Of a DNA stretch of 64,000 bases, positions 29,400 through 38,000 are shown piece after piece. This DNA is from an uncultured Verrucomicrobia subdivision 3 bacterium (GTDB lineage Bacteria; Verrucomicrobiota; Verrucomicrobiia; Limisphaerales; UBA11358), in the NCBI GenBank assembly GCA_903944085.1, contig CAJAQO010000038.1, positions 4,787 to 68,786 of the forward strand, in the 5' to 3' direction. The position numbers were made by a program, and so were the translations under genes. The notes under the pieces are model-generated. The model saw only the letters and a list, made by a program, of their open reading frames with translations, ran no database searches and had not been told where the DNA came from. The first letter of the stretch is position 1; every line of letters starts with the position of its first letter.

Positions 29400-29960
29400 A
29401 TGACACTCGACGACATTCTATTGGAAGCGGAAGAGAAGATGATCAAGACCGAGCAGGTGGTCGTAAACGAGTTTGCCGGCGTCCGCACTGGCAAGGCGTC
29501 CACCGGGCTGGTCGAGAACATTCAAGCGGAGGTTTATGGCTCGATGATGCGCATCCGCGAACTCGCCAACATCAATACGCCCGAGCCGCGCACGCTCACC
29601 ATACAGCCATGGGATGTGGCCGCATTGCAGCCGATTGAGAAGGCCATCCAGAAGGCGAACATCGGCCTCTCGCCGGTCGTGCAGGGCAAGCTGATCCGTT
29701 TGTCCTTCCCGGAATTGAGCACGGAGCGCCGGCAGGAATTCGTCAAGCTCATCAAAAAAATGGCCGAGGACGGCCGCGTGTCCATGCGCCATGTGCGGCG
29801 CGACGCGATGGACCTGTTCAAGAAACACGCCCACGACAGCGGCATCACCGAGGACGAAAAAAAGCAGGCGGAAAAAGATTTGCAGAAGCTGACGGACGAT
29901 TACGTCGCCAAGATTGACGCCCACATCGTCGGCAAGGAAAAAGAAATCATGACCGTGTGA
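29400..29960 (+). CDS. frr: ribosome recycling factor
   Basis: 186 aa with F..VRTG.A....L..I.V.YYG, I.PWD, NIGL.P and ELTEERR-like (LSTERRQEFVK) motifs. Confidence 0.95.
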   Translation: MTLDDILLEAEEKMIKTEQVVVNEFAGVRTGKASTGLVENIQAEVYGSMMRIRELANINTPEPRTLTIQPWDVAALQPIEKAIQKANIGLSPVVQGKLIRLSFPELSTERRQEFVKLIKKMAEDGRVSMRHVRRDAMDLFKKHAHDSGITEDEKKQAEKDLQKLTDDYVAKIDAHIVGKEKEIMTV

Positions 29961-30053
29961 CGCCCGGCAGATTTTCAGTGGTTGACGGGCGGCGGCGGCG
30001 GGCTTAAAAGTTTTGACCGGCGATTTTGTCAAACCAAGAACTCATTATGCACC

Positions 30054-30743
30054 ATGAAAACAATTCTGCTGCTGCTGGCGGTTTTGAATTCAGCCATTGG
30101 CGCGCGGGCGCAAGGACTGGTTTATTTTGAAAACCTTCCCAATTAAAAAATAAGCACCAATGCCGTTGACTTCAGCGGGACAACCGGGCTGATGGCGACG
30201 GCGGCCAATCAGTATTGCTTCGCCCTTTTTTATTCCACGACCGCTACGACCGTGGAGGGCACCGCCAACGCGCAAATGCCGGATGTGGATAATTTTGGTT
30301 TCGGATTGGGCGTTTACGCTTTTGAAGATTCGAACTGGACGTTCGCCGCTTATGGAACCAATTCGACATTCGCCGCCGGCAGGTTTTTATCGGCCGCGCA
30401 AAATGCCGACGGCACGACCACTGTTTTCGGTCTTCCTGCCAACGCTTCCGCCCAGTTCGTCGTGCTGGGCTGGTCGGTAAGTCTGGGTTCAAGCTTGACT
30501 GAATTGGAAGCCGCGCTCGCCACTGGCGGCTACGGTTGGCTGGGAGAGTCTGCGGTTAGTGGGCCAATCCTATTGGGAGATGGCGTGGGAATTCCGGTTT
30601 CAGATATTTTTGGAACTTCAAGCCCACGTATCCCAGGTTTCACCCTTGGCGTCATTCCCTTGGTGCCCGAACCTTCTACGTTTGCCTTGGCCGCCGTCGG
30701 CCTAGTCGGATGTTTTTTCTGCCGGCAACGAAAGTCCGTTTGA
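30054..30743 (+). pseudogene. PEP-CTERM sorting-domain protein interrupted by one in-frame TAA (30144-30146)
   Basis: The signal peptide MKTILLLLAVLNSAIGARAQG (ATG at 30054) is in the same frame as track ORF 30192..30743. That ORF ends in VPEPSTFALAAVGLVGCFFCRQRKSV (PEP motif + TM + basic tail). Confidence 0.65.
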
Positions 30744-30808
30744 AAAAATCACCGGCCCAGCCAAACTTCCATAGAATCTCCAAAATTAAAACGGCTCTTC
30801 CGGCTGGT

Positions 30809-30913
30809 GGTGTCCTAATTTTAAAAACCGGTGGGGCGAGCGTTCTCGCGAGCCGTCGTGAGCCTTGGTTTTAACCGGCTCGCGAGGACGCTCGCCCCAC
30901 CAAATCAGGACAC
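30809..30913. repeat. long imperfect palindrome (MITE/REP-like)
   Basis: GTGGGGCGAGCGTTCTCGCGAGCCG (30831-30855) pairs with CGGCTCGCGAGGACGCTCGCCCCAC (30876-30900) with one mismatch. The outer arms GTGTCCT / AGGACAC also pair. Confidence 0.7.
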
Positions 30914-31020
30914 TGCCTCTCTGCTGAATATTTGTGGCGAGCGAGCAGCCCCGCGCAGTTTGCTTGAAGGTGGCGGTGTTTTCACTTCGTCGCCGGGCGG
31001 CATTTTGTTAAAATGTCCGG

Positions 31021-31764
31021 GTGCAGAATTCTGAATTGAATTTTCCAACCGCGTTGATGGTCACCGAGCAGGCCATTGACATTTCCGGCTTTACCCGGCA
31101 GCAAAAAGATTTTTATCTGAACTTGTTTTGGGAAACCGCAGGCATTTACACCGCTGCGAAAAAACCCCGCGTCATCATTGGCCTGGCCGGCCCTACCGGC
31201 GCCGGAAAATCGGTGGTGGCCATCCTGTTTAAAGAACTGGCCAAACAAGCCCGCCTGCCGTTTGCTTTCGAGTGCATCACCATTGACGCTTATCATTATC
31301 CGAACAGCTTTCTGACCTCGCATTTTTCGGCGGGCGTGCCGCTGAAACAGGTCAAAGGCCGGTTTGACACCTATGATGTCATGGCTTTGCTCAACGATCT
31401 GAAAAATTTCAGGGCGGGAGAAAACGTCGTGTTGCCCACCTATTCGCGAAAATTGCATGACCCAGTCCCGAACAGCATTCGCGTGGAATCGCCAGCGACG
31501 CTGCTGGTGGTGGAGGGGCTGTGGTTGCTGTTTGAACTCGGTGGGTGGGAACACGTGGGGCCGCTGCTGGATTTTTGTTATTTTATCGAGTCCGACAAAG
31601 AGCGAACCAAGCAGGCCGTCATCAAACGGCACGTCGCGGGTGGCAGGAACTTTGAGGAGGCGGCGCGGCATTACGCGGAGGTGGATGGCCGGAATTCCGA
31701 TTTGACGCTGCAGACCCGGCACAAAGCCGGCAAGGTAATTCCGCCTTACTATCTAGTCGGGTGA
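31021..31764 (+). CDS. P-loop nucleoside/nucleotide kinase family protein (uridine kinase/PRK-like)
   Basis: Walker A GLAGPTGAGKS, plus VVEG.. and the layout of PRK/uridine-kinase-like proteins. GTG start in the track; the Met at 31057 is an alternative. Confidence 0.7.
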   Translation: MQNSELNFPTALMVTEQAIDISGFTRQQKDFYLNLFWETAGIYTAAKKPRVIIGLAGPTGAGKSVVAILFKELAKQARLPFAFECITIDAYHYPNSFLTSHFSAGVPLKQVKGRFDTYDVMALLNDLKNFRAGENVVLPTYSRKLHDPVPNSIRVESPATLLVVEGLWLLFELGGWEHVGPLLDFCYFIESDKERTKQAVIKRHVAGGRNFEEAARHYAEVDGRNSDLTLQTRHKAGKVIPPYYLVG

Positions 31765-31817
31765 TATTTTCCTCGTCCGCCGGCGGCTTTTTTTCATCTC
31801 GCCAGTTTTTGAAAAAA

Positions 31818-32138
31818 TCACCGGCTCGGCGGAGTGCCGGTGGCTGGTTCAAAGCGGATGACCGTTTCGTTGGTCCGCGCATAGCCCAGTTTATCCCGGG
31901 CAAGACGTTCGACGGTTTGGGGATCATTGCGCAGCGCGTCAAATTCAGCCTGAAGCTGCCGGGACTGTTGCCGCTGTTTTTCCAGTTCCGCATCCAGTTT
32001 GTCAATCCGGCGGCGCATCTGCTCGTTTTGCTGGATGAGCGGCAGGTAAGTCATCCCAATGAGCAGCAACACGGCGATGGCCACGAGGGCGACGATTGCC
32101 TGCGTGAGCCTGCTCCAGATGCCAAGATCTACTTTCAC
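31818..32138 (-). CDS. ftsB: septum formation initiator (FtsB/DivIC family)
   Basis: N-terminal TM helix, a coiled coil, and RLARDKLGYAR..E.V. Confidence 0.8.
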   Translation of the reverse strand: MKVDLGIWSRLTQAIVALVAIAVLLLIGMTYLPLIQQNEQMRRRIDKLDAELEKQRQQSRQLQAEFDALRNDPQTVERLARDKLGYARTNETVIRFEPATGTPPSR

Positions 32139-32224
32139 GCGCGCAGTTTAACGCCGCGCAGCATGGAAGCGAAAGCGGATTTTGTTGTCACGCGCCGGAA
32201 AATGCGTTAATTACCTGTCGAGTA

Positions 32225-32854
32225 ATGATCAAGGTGTTCTTTCTGATTTTCGAGCCGAGCGTGGCCTGGGAAAAAATCGCCCAGGCGCGGCGCGGGTTTG
32301 TGTTCATCACCGTCATCCAACTGCTGCCGCTGATATTGCTGGGCTCGGCGCTGGAAACGTGGGGACTGCTGCGGCACGGCAAATGGCAGCCGGATTATGA
32401 CAAGTTCAAGGTGTTTCCGGCGCCGGACGTTTATACCTACGAAACCATCCAGTTTTTGCTGCTGCTCGCGGTGGTGTTCATCAGCGCGCTGCTCGTCTTC
32501 AAAATCAGCCAGACCTTTCAAGACCGGCTGACCTTTTTGCAGGCGTTCACCACCATCGCCTACGGCTTCAGCCCGATGTTTCTTTTCCGGTTGTTGGATT
32601 ACAGCGCGGATATGCATCCGGCGGTGCCCTGGCTCCTCGGCATGGCCCTGACGATGTGGATTCTGTATCAAGGCATTCCCCGCGTCATGCAGCCGGATCC
32701 GACCCATGCGTTTGGCGTTTATCTTTCGGCCATGATTGTCGTGGTGCTGACTTCGGGCCTCGCGCGGTTGGTCACGGCCATGTATCTGCTCGGCAAAATG
32801 GATTTTCACCATTCTTGGATCTCGAACAAATTCGCCCACTTGCTGGGCCAGTAA
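32225..32854 (+). CDS. Yip1-domain membrane protein
   Basis: Five TM helices with a Yip1-like layout and a conserved start (IF.P...W..I). Confidence 0.6.
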   Translation: MIKVFFLIFEPSVAWEKIAQARRGFVFITVIQLLPLILLGSALETWGLLRHGKWQPDYDKFKVFPAPDVYTYETIQFLLLLAVVFISALLVFKISQTFQDRLTFLQAFTTIAYGFSPMFLFRLLDYSADMHPAVPWLLGMALTMWILYQGIPRVMQPDPTHAFGVYLSAMIVVVLTSGLARLVTAMYLLGKMDFHHSWISNKFAHLLGQ

Positions 32855-32866
32855 TTTTGCCGCGCC

Positions 32867-33124
32867 ATGAATGTTCCGGTCGAAAATGAATTATTGGCGG
32901 CGCTCACACAACTGGCTGAAACCGTCAAAAGCCTGCCCGGCGCGCAGCCCAAACCGGATTTGCTTCCGCTGTTCGCGCGGCTCGACGAACTGGCGCACCG
33001 GCTTCCGCGCGACACGGATCCGACGCTGCTGCATTATCTGCACAAAAAAAGCTATGAGAAAGCGCGGCTCTATTTGCAAGGCCGGGACGCGGAGAACCAA
33101 GTGGGCAACTGCCGGCATGTGTGA
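32867..33124 (+). CDS. hypothetical 85-aa protein
   Basis: ORF in an otherwise empty gap, in the same direction as its neighbours. No recognised motif. Confidence 0.4.
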   Translation: MNVPVENELLAALTQLAETVKSLPGAQPKPDLLPLFARLDELAHRLPRDTDPTLLHYLHKKSYEKARLYLQGRDAENQVGNCRHV

Positions 33125-33215
33125 TGGCCAAATGAATTCTCCGGGTTTCCGGCAGAATTTTCGATTTGCAAATCTCACAACTTGTCGCGCGTAAATCGTA
33201 AATCGTAAATCAAAA

Positions 33216-34601
33216 ATGATTCCCGACGACACCATTGCCGCCATTGCCACGCCGCTCGGCGAAGGCGGGCTGGCGGTTCTCCGGCTTTCCGGTGCCAACG
33301 CATTTGCCATCGCCGACAAATGTTTTCAGCCCGTCGGCAAAAGTTCTTTGCTGCCTTCCGCTGCGCCGACGCACACGATTCAATTCGGTAAAATCGTCCG
33401 CGACGGGAAAGTGATTGATGAAGTGCTGCTTGCCGTCCTGCGCGCACCGCGCACGTTCACGCGCGAAGATAGCGTCGAAATTTCCTGCCACGGCGGGCTG
33501 CTGCCGGCCAAGCTGGTGCTCGACACATTGCTCACCCACGGCGCGCGGCTCGCCGAGCCAGGTGAATTCACCAAGCGCGCGTTTCTCAACGGTCGCATTG
33601 ATCTCGCGCAAGCCGAGGCCGTCGCTGATTTGATCCATTCGCGCACGGAGCTTGCGCTCGCCGCCGCCAACGAACAACTCGCCGGCAAATTGTCGCAGCG
33701 CATCAACCGGCTCCGCGACGATCTGATGCTCACGCTCGCGCATGTCGAAGCGCACATTGATTTTCCTGACGAAGATATTTCGCCGGACACCAAGGATCAA
33801 TTATTGCAGCGCCTGGAAACCGGCATCGCGTTCATGGATGAACTGCTGCGCACCGCGAACGAAGGGCAGTTGCTGCGGCGCGGCATCCGCGCCGCGATCA
33901 TCGGCCGGCCGAACGCCGGCAAATCCAGCCTGCTCAACCAACTGCTCGGCCGCGACCGCGCCATCGTCTCGCCCATCGCCGGCACCACGCGCGACACGAT
34001 TGAAGAAATGGCGAACCTCCGCGGGCTGCCCGTGATTTTCATTGATACCGCCGGCCTGCGCGAAGCGCGCGATGAAATTGAGCTGGAAGGCATCCGCCGT
34101 AGCCGCACCTCGCTCGCGTCGGCAGAATTTATTTTGCACGTGCTCGATGCCAGCGAGCCGCTGACCAGCGCGGATGAAAATTATTTGACCGAGTTCGCCG
34201 ACAAGAAACGGATTCTCGTCCGCAATAAAACGGATTTGCCGGTGAAGCTGGAACTGCCGGCAGCTTTCAACCTTCAACCTTCAACTTTCAACCTTGATGT
34301 TTCCTGCGTGAGCGGGCAGGGGATTGAGGCGCTCAAAGACGCGATCAAAAATTTGATTTGGGCCGGCGAAATCAAGGCCGAGATGTTGCAGGTGGCCATC
34401 AACTCGCGGCATCAGGACGCGCTGAACCGCGCCCGCGCCAGCGCGCGCTTGGCGACCGATGCCCTGCGCGCCGACGCCACGCTGGAACTGGTGGCCATGG
34501 ATTTGCGGATCGCCGCCAACGCCGTCGGCGAAATCGTCGGCAAGACCACCACCGAAGATTTGCTCGACTCCATCTTCAGCGCGTTCTGCATCGGGAAATA
34601 G
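33216..34601 (+). CDS. mnmE: tRNA modification GTPase MnmE
   Basis: TIAAIATP.G.GG....R.SG, GRPNAGKSSLLN, DTAG, NK.D, and the C-terminal FCIGK. Confidence 0.95.
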   Translation: MIPDDTIAAIATPLGEGGLAVLRLSGANAFAIADKCFQPVGKSSLLPSAAPTHTIQFGKIVRDGKVIDEVLLAVLRAPRTFTREDSVEISCHGGLLPAKLVLDTLLTHGARLAEPGEFTKRAFLNGRIDLAQAEAVADLIHSRTELALAAANEQLAGKLSQRINRLRDDLMLTLAHVEAHIDFPDEDISPDTKDQLLQRLETGIAFMDELLRTANEGQLLRRGIRAAIIGRPNAGKSSLLNQLLGRDRAIVSPIAGTTRDTIEEMANLRGLPVIFIDTAGLREARDEIELEGIRRSRTSLASAEFILHVLDASEPLTSADENYLTEFADKKRILVRNKTDLPVKLELPAAFNLQPSTFNLDVSCVSGQGIEALKDAIKNLIWAGEIKAEMLQVAINSRHQDALNRARASARLATDALRADATLELVAMDLRIAANAVGEIVGKTTTEDLLDSIFSAFCIGK

Positions 34602-35018
34602 TCGCGCCGCTCGCAAGCAGATCGGTGACGACGCCGCCATCCGCCGCTTCGTTCACTTTCAGGTCGGGGAACTGCCGATAACTTGCTCATCTAAATCTAA
34701 CTGCTCAAATCTTCGCCAGACCAACCAACTCTGTAAATCCTTAAACCGATCTTGATGCCTGGCCGCCATAACTCCTGCCTTACCAAGTTAGTCCCAACTT
34801 GCTTGCTCGAGAAACAATCTGCTCGAAATATCGTTTCCAGGCTTTACCTCAGTCCTAACCCAATACTTTTCACAGCCTCGCGACTTGATGCTCCGGCTCT
34901 TCTACACTCCCGATAAACATAAATAATCGCATAAAGTAAAAACGGCAACTCCCGCACCAAATCAAACCAAAAAAGATAAAGAATGACAAGAATTGTTCGG
35001 TGTATGTTAAAATACAGC

Positions 35019-35048
35019 TTGACAGTTGTGGTAATCATGAGTTATAAA
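35019..35048 (+). promoter_or_regulatory. sigma70-like promoter for the 1773-aa exoprotein gene
   Basis: TTGACA (35019-35024), an 18-nt spacer, then TATAAA (35043-35048). AAGGA lies 5 nt before the ATG at 35093. The promoter sits in an AT-rich island. Confidence 0.45.
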
Positions 35049-35092
35049 TCGCCAAGTTTTAGGCAACCTCCAAAATAAACCTCAAGGATTAT

Positions 35093-38000
35093 ATGAATCA
35101 GAAGATTGATGGCTTGATCGTTCCCGTTTCCCGCGTGATTTCCGGCGCTGGCATTGGCCATTGCCGCCGCTGGGCGGCGTTGAGCGCGGTGGTGGTGGCG
35201 GCGATGCTCGCGGTGATTTCAAGCCCGGCGGCCGTCTGGAGTTGGTCCGGCGGCGGCGGCGCCAACGCTTATTGGAACAACAGTGCCAACTGGGGTTTTG
35301 CCGGTATTCCCGCCAATGGCGACACGGTGATTTTCCCTGCCAGCCAGCCAAATTTGCTGAACACCAACAACTTGGTTGGGCTGACGCTGAACCAAGTCCG
35401 CTTTGTCGGCGCGGGGGGCGGTTATGACCTGCGTGGCAATGCCTTCACGCTGACTAACGGCATTGTGGCGACGAACACGGCCGGAGCCAACACGATTGAA
35501 AACAGCATTACGCTGGCCACCGCGACGGCTCTGATCATCGTCAGCAACGGCATCAGCCTGACTTTGGACGGCAACCTGGCCGGCTCCGTGGGTGTGACCA
35601 AGGCGGGGCTGGGCACGCTGCTCTATCAATGTGTGGGAGATAACACCTACGCCGGCACCACGCTGATCACCGGTGGCACCTTGCAATTGAACGTCAGCGG
35701 GCCAGAAGCCTTTGGCGGACCGCTCGTGATAGGTGACGGCTCCGGCGCCGGCAGTCCGACCGTTCAAAATCTACGGAGCGAAGAAATCATCGAGTCTGTG
35801 CCCATCACCATAAATTTGAATGGGACACTGAACTTGGCCACTTGGACTGAAACCATTGGGACGAGCCTGACCTTGAGTGGTGGCGTGATTTCCGGCACGG
35901 GCACGCTGTCCTTGTCCGCCAACAGCACGATCACGTTGAACAACGGTTATAGTGACTACATCTACTGCAATCTTATTAACGGCAGCGGCACCCTGACCTT
36001 GCAGGGGAATGGTTATCTTTATGTTGAAGGCAACGTGAGCGGTTCGGCGGCCATTGTGCAAACCAATGTCAGCACCATTTGGTATGGCGCGAACACTTTC
36101 GTGGGCAACTATACCGCCAATGGCGTCGGTTTTTTGGACCTCGTCGGTTCGCAGGTGCTGGGCAACCCCACCAACACGCTGACACTCAATGGCCAGACGT
36201 ATATTCTCATCTATGGCCAGGTCAACCTCACCAACCAGGCCTTGATTCTCAACAGCACCAACAGCTCCTACCAGCTTTACGTTTACGGCGCTTCGATCAA
36301 TTCCACCTGGCAGGCCAATGTCACGAACAACTCCGGTTTCTCGGTTGACGTGACTGCCGCCAACGCGCTCAATCTGATCGGCCCGATCAGCGGTGCGGGC
36401 GGTTTGACCAATCTTGACACCGGGACTTTGACGCTATCCGGCCCGACCGCCAACACTTTTGCCGGCGCGACCACTGTAAGTGGCGGCACCTTGCAACTCG
36501 GCAAAGCTTACGCCACCGTTGCCGTTCCCGGACCGCTGGTCATCGGCAGCGGCAGCACGGTTCGTTTGCTCAATGGTTTTCAAATCAATAACGGCGCCGA
36601 TCCGCTGACGATGTCGGATTCCAGTCTGCTGAATCTCAATGGCTTTGGCGAATGGGTCGGGCCGGTCACCCTGCAAGGGGCGCAAATTACCGGTGGCGAT
36701 TTTTATTTCAGCGGCAACATTACCGTCAATCCTAGCACCGTGGCTTCATCGGTGATCAGCGGCACCGCCACCATCTGGAACAATGTTGTGACCATTACCA
36801 ACACCGGCCATAACTTAGCCCCGGACTTGCTGATCAGCGCCAATATCAACAACGGCGGCAGCACCAACGGTTTGATCAAGGCGGGCAACGGCTCGGTCAG
36901 CTTGGCGGGAAATAACACGTTCACCGGTCCCGTCACCATCAGCGGCGGTAACTTGTGGGTGCCGACTTCGGCGGCGCTGGGCAATACGAACACGCCGCTC
37001 ACCATCAACAGCGGGGGCTGTCTTTATGTGGATGGCGGCACGCTGGATTTCGGGTTGAAGCCGCTGGTTTTAAATGGCGCGGGTTCGTTTAACGAACCGG
37101 GTGCGATCAATTCCATCAGTGGCAGCAGTTCGTGGGAAGGTTCCGTCACGCTGGCCAGCGACACCACGCTTTATCAGAATGCCGGGACCTTGCTTACTTT
37201 GAGCGGCTCTGTCAGTGGTCCAGCGAGCCTCATCAAATCCGGTCCGGGAACCAACACCTTGGCGGGAGCTGGAAGCAACCCCTATGCCGGCACGACCTAT
37301 GTGACGGATGGAACTTTGAATTTGAGCAAGGTGGGCTATTCCATTGGCGACGGCACGCTCACCATTGGCGACGGCACCGGCAACGCCGGCAGCGCCGTCG
37401 TGCGGGAATTCTCGAACCTCCAAATTGATGATGTCAGCGTCATCATCAATTCCGATGGGCTGCTCGATCTCAACGGCCACAGCGACTCAATTGGCACGAC
37501 GGTGACTCTCAATGGCGGGGCCAACATCCAGAACACGAGCGCCGGCACACTGACGCTGCTCAACGGTTCGACGCTGGCAGCCCTAGCAGGGAGTTCCACT
37601 GTTTCCGGCAATCTCAATGTGGGGGCGACTAATACGACTTGTATCCTGACGAATCCATCCGGTTCGGCGCTGACCATGAACGCCAGCGTGAGCGGATCGG
37701 CCACCATATTGATCACGGGTGGTGGCAACACCTTTTTTAACGCTTCCAACTCTTATGCCGGCCCAACGTTAGTCCAGCAAGGCTGGCTTTTTGCAGGGAA
37801 CAACTTTGCGCTGGGCTCAACCGCCAGCGGCACGATGGTCAGCAGCGGAGCTTCCTTGGTGTTGCAGAACAGCATTGGCATCACCAACGAGGCGCTGACG
37901 CTCAACGGCCCCGGCGAGCCGACGTGGGGCGCGCTGGATGTTGAGAGCGGCACCAACAGTTGGGCCGGGCCGATTACTCTGAACGCGAATAGCACTTTGG

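Noticed and set aside
34844-35038. 64-aa minus-strand ORF in the AT-rich island. Also ORF 34412..34690(-), which overlaps the mnmE 3' end.
   Set aside because: Low-complexity hydrophobic sequence overlaps the predicted promoter of the giant gene. The second ORF is antisense to the conserved mnmE C-terminus. Neither has a motif or a ribosome-binding site.
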